A stretch of DNA of 64,000 nucleotides from Candidatus Krumholzibacteriota bacterium (GTDB lineage Bacteria; Krumholzibacteriota; Krumholzibacteriia; JAJRXK01), in assembly GCA_963764625.1 (NCBI GenBank), contig CAVXTH010000009.1, forward strand, positions 928,001-992,000, read 5' to 3'. Positions 49,491 to 58,984 of the stretch are shown in pieces. Each line of letters starts with the position of its first letter. Within the stretch, counting starts at the first letter, position 1. The notes below the pieces were generated by a model. The model was not told the origin of the DNA, ran no database searches, and saw only the letters and a program-made list of their open reading frames with translations. Made by a program: the position numbers and the translations under genes.

Positions 49491-50411
49491 ATGGTTTCGG
49501 GCTCTTCACGGGATCTCCGCGACATGCCGGGCCGCAATCGCCGGCTGAGAATGGCCCGCCGCTACGCGTTCTATGCTTCGGTCCGAAGCCTGGCGTGGTT
49601 GCTGCGCCAGTGCCCTCGCACGGTGGCGGTGGGGTTCATGGAGAGTCTCGGGCTTCTGGCCTTCTCTTGTCGCCGCGGCGATCGGAAGATCGCGCTTGCG
49701 CAGCTCGCGTACGCCTTTCCCACCTGGGACGAGGAGACGCGCTTGCAGGCGGCGCGCGCGAGTTTCGTGTTCTTCGGCCGCAATTTGGTGGACTCGGTGC
49801 GCGGGCAGGCCCGAGTGAGGATCGCCCCCGCCGACGAGGAGCGCTTGGCGGGGGTCCAAGAAACCGGCGATCCTGTACTCGTGCTGAGCTTGCACCTGGG
49901 GAGCTGGGAACTCCTGGGCCGGTGGCTGACCGAACGCTTACCCGCCATGGGAGTCGTGACGGCGAATCCCCACAATCACTGGGTCGACGCCTGGCTCGTA
50001 CGGGAACGCGCCGCCTTCGGTCTGCGTAGTTTCGATCGTCGCCGGCATGCGTTGGAAGCGGCACGCTGGCTCAAAAGAGGAGGGTCTCTGGCGGTCATGG
50101 CGGATCATCGCAGCCAGGTGAGCAGCGTGCCCGCGCCGTTCTTCGGGCGATTGGCGCCGACCGCGGTGGGGCCCGGCCGATTGGCGCGGCGCAGCCGAGC
50201 GCGAATCCTGCCGGTGGGTCTGAGGCACGACGGCAAGGAGCACTGGGTGCTGGTGGGAGATGAGGTTCAGTGGGCGGACACACAAGACGATCGCGTCTTG
50301 ACCGCACGGTGTAATGCAGCACTCGAGGCGCTCATTCGGCGCGCGCCTCGTCAATGGACCTGGTTCCACGAACGCTATGGCGAAACGGTGGCTTCGGGGA
50401 TGAACTCATGA
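49491..50411 (+). CDS. Lipid A late acyltransferase (LpxL/HtrB family)
   Basis: HLGSWE, MADH, PFFG, LEALIRRAPRQWTWFHERY; start uncertain (49491, 49524 or 49551). Confidence 0.88.
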   Translation: MVSGSSRDLRDMPGRNRRLRMARRYAFYASVRSLAWLLRQCPRTVAVGFMESLGLLAFSCRRGDRKIALAQLAYAFPTWDEETRLQAARASFVFFGRNLVDSVRGQARVRIAPADEERLAGVQETGDPVLVLSLHLGSWELLGRWLTERLPAMGVVTANPHNHWVDAWLVRERAAFGLRSFDRRRHALEAARWLKRGGSLAVMADHRSQVSSVPAPFFGRLAPTAVGPGRLARRSRARILPVGLRHDGKEHWVLVGDEVQWADTQDDRVLTARCNAALEALIRRAPRQWTWFHERYGETVASGMNS

Positions 50412-50965
50412 CGCGTAGGATCTTCGCACTCCTCATCGTCCTCGGCTTGCTTCTGGCCTCGGGCTGCGGCGAGAAGGAAGCGGAATCTCCTTCTCCCACC
50501 ACCGAGTCACCCATTCAGACCATTTACGGCTATCGCACCGTGGAGACCGAGCGCGGACAGATGCGTTGGGAGCTCTTCGGCAATCGGGCCGAGCGCTACG
50601 CGGGCGAGGAGGACCTCCACCTCATCGGAGTGCGCATGTACTTCTACAGCGAGGGAAATCTGAGCGCCACCCTCACCTCAAAGACGGGGAGTGTGAACGA
50701 GAACACGCGCAACATGGTGGCCAAAGGGGACGTGAAGATCGTGACCGAGGACGATCGCACGCTGCAGAGTGAGGTCCTGAACTGGGACAACGAGCGCAGA
50801 ATCATCTCCACTGACCTCTTTTTCCGGGCTACCGACGCTGACAAGGTTTTGACCGGTATCGGCCTGGAGACCGATCCGAAGATGACCGATCTGGTGATCA
50901 AGCAGCAGGTGGAGGGGGATGCTCCCGAGAGTTCCCAGGAATCTGTTGAAGGGGGGCAGAATTGA
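50408..50965 (+). CDS. lptC: LPS export periplasmic protein LptC (lipoprotein-type signal)
   Basis: LLASGC lipobox; beta-jellyroll-like sequence ([23 protein letters not shown]); directly upstream of lptB. Confidence 0.8.
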   Translation: MTRRIFALLIVLGLLLASGCGEKEAESPSPTTESPIQTIYGYRTVETERGQMRWELFGNRAERYAGEEDLHLIGVRMYFYSEGNLSATLTSKTGSVNENTRNMVAKGDVKIVTEDDRTLQSEVLNWDNERRIISTDLFFRATDADKVLTGIGLETDPKMTDLVIKQQVEGDAPESSQESVEGGQN

Positions 50966-51720
50966 GCGAGGTGGCATGGAAGTCGCTGTCATGTAGAGAA
51001 CTGGTGAAGCAGTACCGCTCGCGGCGCGTTGTGGATGGGGTGTCTCTCCACGTGCGCACGGGCGAAATCGTGGGTCTTTTGGGTCCCAACGGAGCCGGGA
51101 AGACCACGACCTTCTACCAGATGGTGGGCTTCATCAAGCCCAACTCGGGCAAGGTCTTCTTGGGCGAGACCGAGATCACGAGCAAACCGATGTACGTGAG
51201 GGCACGGCTGGGAATCGGCTACCTTCCCCAAGAGGCGTCCGTGTTCCGGCGCATGACGGTCGATGAGAACGTGAGGGCCATCCTGCAGACCATGAAGATC
51301 AGCCGTCAGGAACAGGACCAGAGGTGCGCCTATCTGCTCGAGGAATTGGGGGTGAGCCATCTCAAGTCCGCTAAGGGTTTCGAGCTCTCCGGAGGGGAAC
51401 GGAGACGCGTGGAGATCGCGCGGGCTCTTGCCATCGAGCCCCATTTCATTCTTCTGGACGAACCCTTCGCCGGAATCGACCCCATCGCTCTCAATGACAT
51501 CCAGGACATCGTCGCCGGACTCAAGAAGCGCGGCTTGGGCGTCCTCATCACGGATCACAACGTGAGGGAAACGCTCAGCATCACCGATCGCGCCTACATT
51601 CTTCACGAAGGCAAGATCATGGTGGAGGGAACACCCGACGAGATCGTGAAGGACGTGCAGGCGCGCCGGCTCTACTTGGGTGAGGGATTCCATCTCGAGA
51701 ACACGAGTTCACGCAGCTGA
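50962..51720 (+). CDS. lptB: LPS export ABC transporter ATPase
   Basis: [48 protein letters not shown]. Confidence 0.96.
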   Translation: MSEVAWKSLSCRELVKQYRSRRVVDGVSLHVRTGEIVGLLGPNGAGKTTTFYQMVGFIKPNSGKVFLGETEITSKPMYVRARLGIGYLPQEASVFRRMTVDENVRAILQTMKISRQEQDQRCAYLLEELGVSHLKSAKGFELSGGERRRVEIARALAIEPHFILLDEPFAGIDPIALNDIQDIVAGLKKRGLGVLITDHNVRETLSITDRAYILHEGKIMVEGTPDEIVKDVQARRLYLGEGFHLENTSSRS

Positions 51721-51731
51721 GAGGCTATCGC

Positions 51732-53153
51732 ATGGAGATGAAGCACGTATTGAGTCAGCGGATGGGTCAACGACTCGTCATGACTCCCAAGCTGCAACAG
51801 GCTCTCAAGCTCTTGCAGGTTCCCACCCTGGAACTCGAACAGATTCTCAAGCAAGAAATCCTGATGAATCCCTTGCTCGAAGAGATCGAGCCGGCGGAGG
51901 ACGAGGAGGAAGTCGAAGCTTCCGAGAACGACACTTCGAATGGAGACGAGAAAGACAACAGCGACAAAAACGGAGATCCGGTGGATTGGGAAGAGTACTT
52001 CAGTGACGGTTTCAGCCAGACTGGTTTCGAAGGGGAACGGGAGGAGATCGACGACCGCTTCGAGCGCGTCGCGGTCGCGCCGGAAAACGGCTACGAGAAA
52101 CTTTCGGTTCAGCTGCATCTGAATCTCAACGACGAGCTGGAGATCCAGATCGGCGAGTACATCATCGGAAGCCTCAACGAAGACGGTTTCTTGAGCTGCG
52201 AACTGAGCGAGGTGGCACGACAATTCGAGGTGGAAGAGGAGAAGGCCGAGCGGGTGCTGCGCGTCATTCAGGCCTTCGATCCTCCGGGGATCGGCGCGCG
52301 CAGCCTGCGGGAATCCCTGATTCTCCAGCTCACGGCGCTGGGCGAGGGCGACGGACTGGCCGCCACCATCGTCCGGGACCATTTCGAAGCGCTCAAGAAC
52401 CGCAAATTCAACGAAATCGCCAAGGAGATGCATCTCACCGCTCAGGACGTCCAGGCGATTGCGCTCGAAATCGGTCAACTCGATCCCCGCCCCGGTCTCT
52501 CCACCTTCGGGGAGGACGCCAAGTACGTCGTTCCCGATCTCATCGTCGAGAGGGTCGAGGGAGAGTACATCGTCTATCTCAACGACAGCAACATTCCCCG
52601 CCTTCGAGTCAGCCGCGCCTATCGCGAGGAGCTCGCTCGCAGCCGGCAGCAGGGAGACAAGGAGACCAGGGAATTCATCGTGGGCAAGCTGAACTCCGCG
52701 CGTTGGCTCATTCAGACCATCGAGCAGCGGCGGCGGACGATCGTCAAAGTGATGCAGTGCATCGTCGAGGAGCAGGAGGAATTTTTCGAGAAGGGAGCGG
52801 TGGCTTTGAAGCCGTTGACTCTCCAGCAGGTGGCAAATCGAATCGGCATGCACGAATCGACGGTGAGTCGCGTCACCACCAACAAGTATGTCCAGACTCC
52901 GCGTGGTGTCTTCGAGTTGAAGTACTTCTTCAGCTCCAGTCTCGATACCGACGATGGCGAAAACATGTCTTCGAAAGCAGCGAAAATCCGAATCCAGGGC
53001 ATCATCAGCAAGGAGGAGAAGAACCGGCCTCTCAGCGACCAAAAAATTGTGGATCTACTCAAGGTCGAGGGCTTGAACATCGCCCGGAGGACCGTGGCGA
53101 AGTACCGCGAACAACTGGGAATTCTGCCCGCGCGGATGCGTAAGACCTACTAG
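51732..53153 (+). CDS. rpoN: RNA polymerase sigma-54 factor
   Basis: MTPKLQQALKLLQ, HESTVSR, FELKYFF, RpoN box ARRTVAKYRE. Confidence 0.98.
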   Translation: MEMKHVLSQRMGQRLVMTPKLQQALKLLQVPTLELEQILKQEILMNPLLEEIEPAEDEEEVEASENDTSNGDEKDNSDKNGDPVDWEEYFSDGFSQTGFEGEREEIDDRFERVAVAPENGYEKLSVQLHLNLNDELEIQIGEYIIGSLNEDGFLSCELSEVARQFEVEEEKAERVLRVIQAFDPPGIGARSLRESLILQLTALGEGDGLAATIVRDHFEALKNRKFNEIAKEMHLTAQDVQAIALEIGQLDPRPGLSTFGEDAKYVVPDLIVERVEGEYIVYLNDSNIPRLRVSRAYREELARSRQQGDKETREFIVGKLNSARWLIQTIEQRRRTIVKVMQCIVEEQEEFFEKGAVALKPLTLQQVANRIGMHESTVSRVTTNKYVQTPRGVFELKYFFSSSLDTDDGENMSSKAAKIRIQGIISKEEKNRPLSDQKIVDLLKVEGLNIARRTVAKYREQLGILPARMRKTY

Positions 53154-53275
53154 CTCCGATTGCGTGCCAAGGAGCTTGGCACCGTCCCGGCAACGGGTTA
53201 CATTCCAGGGAGACGGTTGGTCGCCGCACTTCCGGCGGCGAAGAGCCGGGTGGTCCCTCACTTCCGGAGGCATAA

Positions 53276-53659
53276 ATGAACCTCGAGATCACGAACCGGA
53301 ACTACGAGCCCACCTCGCGCGTCCGCATCCACGCGGAAGAGCGCATCGCGAAATTCGACAAATATCTGCGAGATCTCGGACCGATTCACCTCACCCTGGC
53401 GGAGGAGAAGGTGGACAAGGTGTGCGAGATTCACCTCCGAGCCTATGGCAAGGATTTTCACGCCCGCGCCGACTCCGATGACATGTTGCAGTCGGTCGAC
53501 CGCGCCTGCGCGAGCATGGAACATCAGCTCCGAAAGCACCGCGATCGATTGACCGGCCAACGCAAGGGAGCCAAGCAGGAACTCTCGTCCGCGGCGGCCC
53601 TTGAGCAATTGACTCAGGCCGAGATCCTGCGCGGCGAGGGCGAAGACGAGGAGGCCTGA
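53276..53659 (+). CDS. hpf: Ribosome hibernation factor (HPF/RaiA, short form)
   Basis: MNLEITNRN...KFDKY...DMLQSVDRA...QLRKHRDR; GGAGG SD; follows rpoN. Confidence 0.88.
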   Translation: MNLEITNRNYEPTSRVRIHAEERIAKFDKYLRDLGPIHLTLAEEKVDKVCEIHLRAYGKDFHARADSDDMLQSVDRACASMEHQLRKHRDRLTGQRKGAKQELSSAAALEQLTQAEILRGEGEDEEA

Positions 53660-54625
53660 GTGGCCCATCCCATCCGGTTCGCCGATCTGGTGCAACGCCT
53701 CGGGGTGAGTACCGAGACGGAAATCCTGGTCAGCGGCTCGCCTGACGCTTCGGTCAAGGATGACGACGTCCATCGTCCCGGCATGGGTTTGATGGGGTAT
53801 ACCGACGGTTTCCTGAGCGATCGGCTGCAGGTCTTCGGCGAGAGCGAGGTCAGATACCTCGAGAGCCTGAGTACGACCCAGCAGCGCGCCGCGATTCGCC
53901 GCGTCCTGGACATCAAGGTCGCTGGAGTGTTCGTGGCCAAGGAACTCGCCATCCCCGGCTCCGTGCTCACGGAACTCGAGAACGACCAGGTTCCGGTGGC
54001 TCGAGTCTCACTGGAAACCGAGGACCTGGTCGATCTTCTTCGAGATCTTCTCAAGGACTGCTTCGCGCCCCGCTCGAACGTCCATGGCACCCTGGTCGAC
54101 GTCTACGGGGTGGGAATGCTCTTTACCGGCCGCAGCGGGGTCGGCAAGAGTGAAACCGCGCTCGACCTCATCGAGCGCGGTCACCGACTGGTAGCCGATG
54201 ATCTGGTGGAAATCACGCGGCGCGACGACGTCCTCTTGGGGACCGGGCGCGAGACGCTGAAGCACCATATGGAAATCAGGGGCATCGGAATCGTGGATGT
54301 CTTTCCGATCTTCGGCGTTCGTGCCCTGCGGATGCAGAAGCGGGTGGAAGTCGAGGTTCGTCTCGAAGACTGGGTCGAGGGAAAGAGTTACGATCGATTG
54401 GGTCTGGACCGGGAGGAGAGCGAGATCCTGGGGGTCACGATTCCGCGAGTGAACGTCCCGGTCGTACCGGGCAAGAACATCACCGTGATCACCGAGGTCC
54501 TTGCTCTGGATTTCATGCTCAAGGTCTATGGCATCGATTCCGCCGAGCTCTTGAACCGCAAGCTCATCGAGAGCATGGAGGATCTGGGGCGTACTGCACA
54601 GTATCTCCGTCACGATTTCGAATGA
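53660..54625 (+). CDS. hprK: HPr kinase/phosphorylase
   Basis: HRPG, HGTLVDVYGVG, GRSGVGKSE, LVADD, EIRGIGI. Confidence 0.96.
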   Translation: MAHPIRFADLVQRLGVSTETEILVSGSPDASVKDDDVHRPGMGLMGYTDGFLSDRLQVFGESEVRYLESLSTTQQRAAIRRVLDIKVAGVFVAKELAIPGSVLTELENDQVPVARVSLETEDLVDLLRDLLKDCFAPRSNVHGTLVDVYGVGMLFTGRSGVGKSETALDLIERGHRLVADDLVEITRRDDVLLGTGRETLKHHMEIRGIGIVDVFPIFGVRALRMQKRVEVEVRLEDWVEGKSYDRLGLDREESEILGVTIPRVNVPVVPGKNITVITEVLALDFMLKVYGIDSAELLNRKLIESMEDLGRTAQYLRHDFE

Positions 54626-54665
54626 TTCTAAGGCGCAGGATGCGATGCACACCGAAGCTACCGGC

Positions 54666-55049
54666 ATGCGCGGACTGATCGTCACTCATGGCGATCTGGG
54701 AAAAGAGTTGATGGCGTCGGCCCGTTTGGTCGTCGCTTCCGAATTCACTTTGTCCATCCTCAGCAATCGCGGCCGCGGGAAGCGAGAGTTGCAGCAGCTG
54801 ATCTCTCAGTGGCTGCAGGACGGGAGTGGTCCCGCGGTGATCATGGTCGACGAAGGTTTCGGCTCGTGCGGAACCGCGGCCTGTGTCGCGGCTTCCGGTC
54901 GAAAGGATACTTGGGTCCTCTCTGGTGTGAACCTGTCGATGGTCGTCACCTATCTGAGCCGAGTGGGCTGGCTGGCTCCGGCCGAGCTGGTGGAGAAGGT
55001 GACCCAGCGGGCCCGCGAAGCGGTCCGGATCATGGAGTTGGAGCTGTGA
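54666..55049 (+). CDS. PTS mannose-family EIIA component
   Basis: LIVTHG (phospho-His), SGVNLSMV. Confidence 0.85.
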   Translation: MRGLIVTHGDLGKELMASARLVVASEFTLSILSNRGRGKRELQQLISQWLQDGSGPAVIMVDEGFGSCGTAACVAASGRKDTWVLSGVNLSMVVTYLSRVGWLAPAELVEKVTQRAREAVRIMELEL

Positions 55050-55534
55050 ATTTGATCAGGGTTCGCGTCGATGACCGGCTGATCCACGGACAGGTGGTCG
55101 TGGGTTGTTGCGAAACTCTCGGCTTGCATAGGCTCATCCTGGCCAACGACGAGGTAGCCGAAGATCCTTTGCAGACTCGGCTCTATCGCTCCGTGGTTCC
55201 CAAGGCCATCGAGTTGAAGATCCTCACCGTCGACGCGGCGGCTTCGTACCTGCGTGGCTTGGAGGAGAGCGCGGATCGCAAGGCCACACTCGTGGTCCTG
55301 GAGACGCCTCAGGATGTGTCCCGGCTGATCGCTTCTGGGGCGAAGATCGCCAAGGTGATTCTGGGAGGAATTCACCACCACGAGGCAAGCCGGGAGATTT
55401 GGCCTGGCTACTTCCTGGACGAGGCGCAGATGAGTGCTCTCCGCGAGCTGCTCCACAGAGGGGTTTCGGTCGAGGTCCAGAGCATTCCGGGAGCGCGCCG
55501 CATCGACGGCCGCGCTGCTCTGGAGAGCCATTGA
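55046..55534 (+). CDS. PTS mannose-family EIIB component
   Basis: RVDDRLIHGQV, ANDEVA, LGGIH, QSIP. Confidence 0.92.
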   Translation: MNLIRVRVDDRLIHGQVVVGCCETLGLHRLILANDEVAEDPLQTRLYRSVVPKAIELKILTVDAAASYLRGLEESADRKATLVVLETPQDVSRLIASGAKIAKVILGGIHHHEASREIWPGYFLDEAQMSALRELLHRGVSVEVQSIPGARRIDGRAALESH

Positions 55535-56190
55535 TTTTAGCCGCGCTACTGGGGGGAGCGGCCGGAGCCGATCGGACGGCGGTGGGACAAACCCTCCTGG
55601 CTCACCCCGCGGTGGCGGCCACTCTCGCCGGTTTCCTCATGGGAGCGCCGGCCGAAGGGATCTGGCTGGGGTTCTGCCTCAGCCTGTTGAGTCATTCGAA
55701 TCTCCCCATCGGCTACGAGACTTTGCGCGATACGACCTCGGTCGCCGTCGCTATCCCACTGGCGCTTGGGGCTGACGCCGCGAGCTGGGCCTGGGGCGCC
55801 GCGCTCGTGCTGGGACTCCTGCTGGCGGGGCCGGCCGGGCAGGCGATCCGTGCCCTGCGGGAGCTCACGCTGCACAACCGGGTTCAACTGCGTCGGAGCG
55901 TCGAGTCGGGCGAAGTGCCGCACTTTGAGTTCTTCCATTTCGGCATGGTTCTCCTGCATTTCCTGCGCGGATTTCTGGTCTGTCTGGTCCTGGCGGCGGT
56001 GCTTCGACTCGCGCTGCAAGGGCTGGGATCGGTGATGGATGCAAGCGCGCGGCAGGCCCTGGAGTTGAGTTGGTGGGGAGCGCCCCTTCTGGGAGTGGGG
56101 GGATTGCTCCGCCAGCGCGCACGACTGTCTTGGGTCGTGCTCGGCCTCGGCCTCGCCTCCCTCTGGCTGCTCGTCGGGGGGATCTCGTGA
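55531..56190 (+). CDS. PTS mannose-family EIIC component (divergent)
   Basis: DRTAVGQTLLAHPAV...GFLMG...G pattern; hydrophobic; lies between EIIB and EIID. Confidence 0.75.
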   Translation: MILAALLGGAAGADRTAVGQTLLAHPAVAATLAGFLMGAPAEGIWLGFCLSLLSHSNLPIGYETLRDTTSVAVAIPLALGADAASWAWGAALVLGLLLAGPAGQAIRALRELTLHNRVQLRRSVESGEVPHFEFFHFGMVLLHFLRGFLVCLVLAAVLRLALQGLGSVMDASARQALELSWWGAPLLGVGGLLRQRARLSWVVLGLGLASLWLLVGGIS

Positions 56191-56912
56191 ACGGGCGTAG
56201 CTTTCTGAGCTGGCGGCTGTGGTTCCTGCAATCCTCGTGGAATCGCGAGGGCATGCAGAGTCTGGGGCTGCTCGTGTGCATGCTTCCCTGGGCGCGCCGG
56301 CGTGGTCTCTCGGGTCGCGAGCTGGCGGAGTGGGCGCGCCCGCGGCTTGCGTATTTCAACACGAATCCCTACCTGGCGGGACTCGTATTGGGGGCGACGC
56401 TGCATCTCGCCGAGCGGAATCGCGATGAGGAGAGTTTCAGACTCCAAAAGAGTCTATCGCGGAGCCTGGGGGCCCTGGGGGACCCCTTCTTTTGGGAGGG
56501 CGCGAGGCCCGCGGTGGCTTATCTTGGTCTGAGCGCAGCCTTCCTCACGGGTCCCATCGGGATTCTCGTCGCCTGGCTGTTCTTTCTCTTGGCTTCGGGA
56601 ATCGTGCGGGAACTGTGCCTGCGGATCGGGGTTGAGAGGGGACCGGGCGTTGTCGATCTCCTCACGCGCCCCTCGATCCACCGATGGTTGCGTTCAGCGC
56701 GCGCCGCGGCCGGATTGAGTTGCGGGATCGCGCTGGGGCTCGGATTCGCCACTCGTTGGGGCATGTTCGGCACCCCGCAGGCTTTGATCTCGGTGGTGGG
56801 AGCAGTACTATGTGGCTTCTTGGCGGCGTGGCGCCGCTGGCCACTCGAACGCGTGCTGCTTCTGGCCACCGTGCTTCTGTGGGGAATTCTGCGCTCGACC
56901 AAGAGTCTATAG
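56187..56912 (+). CDS. PTS mannose-family EIID component
   Basis: LQSSWNREGMQSLG, YFNTNPY, LGALGDPFFW. Confidence 0.9.
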   Translation: MNGRSFLSWRLWFLQSSWNREGMQSLGLLVCMLPWARRRGLSGRELAEWARPRLAYFNTNPYLAGLVLGATLHLAERNRDEESFRLQKSLSRSLGALGDPFFWEGARPAVAYLGLSAAFLTGPIGILVAWLFFLLASGIVRELCLRIGVERGPGVVDLLTRPSIHRWLRSARAAAGLSCGIALGLGFATRWGMFGTPQALISVVGAVLCGFLAAWRRWPLERVLLLATVLLWGILRSTKSL

Positions 56913-56928
56913 GAAGGATGAACTGGCA

Positions 56929-57198
56929 ATGCCGAGTTTGACAGCGCGCGTGGGCGACCCGGTCGGTTTGCACTTGAGGGCAGCCAGTCGCATCGTGAAG
57001 CGAGCAAAGCAATTCGAGTCGGAGATTCACATCCGCTATCAGAGCGTAGAAGCGAACGCGAAGAGCATCCTCGGATTGGCCTCTCTGGTGGCGCATCATT
57101 TGGAACCTCTGGAGATCAGCGCGGAAGGACCCGACGCCGAAGCGGCTCTCGCCTCTCTCGCCACCCTGATCGAACACGAACTAGCGGAACAGGGTTGA
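56929..57198 (+). CDS. ptsH: Phosphocarrier protein HPr
   Basis: GLHLRAA (His15), NAKSILG (Ser46), GPDAEAA. Confidence 0.93.
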   Translation: MPSLTARVGDPVGLHLRAASRIVKRAKQFESEIHIRYQSVEANAKSILGLASLVAHHLEPLEISAEGPDAEAALASLATLIEHELAEQG

Positions 57199-57202
57199 AG
57201 CA

Positions 57203-58984
57203 GTGCGTAAATTCAGCGGCATCGGAGCGTCGAATGGACTCGTCCTGGGCAAGGCCCTGGTCTTTCCCCCGACGAGTCTCGCGGAGGGGACGAGCTACTG
57301 TGAAGCCTCGGAAATCGATGCCGAACTCTCCCGTTTCGAGGAAGCGCTGGAAAAGACCAAGGTGGAGCTCGAGGAGCTGCGCTTGCAGCTCCACGGACAC
57401 CTGGGGGAGGGTCACGCCCGCATCCTCGACGCTCAACTGCTGCTTCTGGAAGACGAGGAGGTGCTCAGGGTCACCCGTGGCTTCGTCCGCGAGAAACTGA
57501 TGAGTGCGGGCTCCGCGTTCGCGCGGGCCATTGGAGAGGCCCTCGTCCCGCTTCATCTCTCGGGAGAGTCTCTCTTTCGCGAGAGGATCGAGGATTTTCG
57601 CGACGTGGAGCAAAGGGTGCTCCGCACCCTCAGGGGAGGGCAGGAGCCCCGACCTGAACTCGAGGAGCCGGTAATCATCGTCGCGAGCCAGTTGAGCCCC
57701 AGCGAGACGGCAGCGCTGGAGCCGGCCTTCATCCTGGGTTTCTGCATCGACGAGGGCGGACCGAGCAGCCACACCGCGATCATCGCGCGGAGCCTGGGCG
57801 TGCCCTGCGTGGTCGGATTGGGCTCGATGAGCCGTCAGGTGCGAAGCGGCGAAGACCTCATGGTCGACGGGATGTCGGGGCAAATCGTCGTCGGTCCCGA
57901 GGCCAAAGTGCGCGAGAGATTCGCCGCGCGCGTGCGCCGCCGTCGCCAGGCCGAAGAAAAACTCAACTCCCTGCGTACTCTCCCCGCCACCACCCCGGAC
58001 GGCCACACGGTGGAATTGGCGGCGAATGTCGAGCTGCCGGTCGAGATCTCCCTGGCCATCAAGAACGGAGCCGAGGGAATCGGGCTTCTGCGCACCGAGT
58101 ATTTCTATTTTCTCCAGGGCCAGATTCCCGCCGAGGAAGAGCAGTTCGAAGCCTATCGCGAGGTTGTGTCCAGCGCGAAAGGCAAGACAGTCATCTTCCG
58201 CGTGCTCGATGTCGGGGGAGACAAACTTCTGACCGCCATGGGCGGATTTCGCGAATACAATCCCTTCCTCGGATGGAGAGGAGTGCGCTATCTTCTCTCC
58301 AACCCCGACCTGCTCCGCAGCCAATTGCGGGCTCTGTACCGGGTCAGCGCGCTGGGACCGGTGAAGATCATGGTTCCCATGATCACCGACGTCAGTGAGT
58401 TGAGAAAGGTGAAGGAAATCGCCAAGCGCTGTCGCCAGGAACTCATCCAGGAGGGGAAGGCGATCGCGGACGAAGTCGAGTTGGGAATCATGGTGGAGAC
58501 TCCCGCGGCGGTAGCGATGGCGCCGGAACTGGCCAAAGAGTGCGATTTCTTCAGCATCGGAACCAACGATCTCACCCAATACATCATGGCAGTCGATCGA
58601 ACCAATGCGCGCGTGGCATACCTCCATCGGCCTTCGCATCCCGCGGTCTTGCGGGCCATCAAGCAGACGATCGACGCCGCGCACGAAGCGGGCATCTGGG
58701 TGGGGCTCTGCGGGGAAATGGGAGGCACTCCGAGTCTCGCCGTCCTGCTCATGGGGATGGGCATCGACGAGATCTCGACCAACGCCGCGACCGTCCCGCT
58801 CGTGAAGAAGGCAATCCGCAGCTTTCCCTTCGCCAAGGCGCGCATGTGGGCCGAGGAGGCGCTCGCGTTCTCCACCGCCGACGAAGTTGAAAACTTTCTG
58901 CGCGTCAAGGCCCAGAGGGGGCTTCGCGGAATTCTCCAGGAGGAGCAGAACGCCTCGATCGACCCTGCCGAGGGGATGGCATGA
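57203..58984 (+). CDS. ptsI: PEP-protein phosphotransferase (Enzyme I)
   Basis: GGPSSHTAIIARS, GIGLLRTE, NPFLGWRGVR, DFFSIGTNDLTQY, GLCGE. Confidence 0.97.
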   Translation: MRKFSGIGASNGLVLGKALVFPPTSLAEGTSYCEASEIDAELSRFEEALEKTKVELEELRLQLHGHLGEGHARILDAQLLLLEDEEVLRVTRGFVREKLMSAGSAFARAIGEALVPLHLSGESLFRERIEDFRDVEQRVLRTLRGGQEPRPELEEPVIIVASQLSPSETAALEPAFILGFCIDEGGPSSHTAIIARSLGVPCVVGLGSMSRQVRSGEDLMVDGMSGQIVVGPEAKVRERFAARVRRRRQAEEKLNSLRTLPATTPDGHTVELAANVELPVEISLAIKNGAEGIGLLRTEYFYFLQGQIPAEEEQFEAYREVVSSAKGKTVIFRVLDVGGDKLLTAMGGFREYNPFLGWRGVRYLLSNPDLLRSQLRALYRVSALGPVKIMVPMITDVSELRKVKEIAKRCRQELIQEGKAIADEVELGIMVETPAAVAMAPELAKECDFFSIGTNDLTQYIMAVDRTNARVAYLHRPSHPAVLRAIKQTIDAAHEAGIWVGLCGEMGGTPSLAVLLMGMGIDEISTNAATVPLVKKAIRSFPFAKARMWAEEALAFSTADEVENFLRVKAQRGLRGILQEEQNASIDPAEGMA

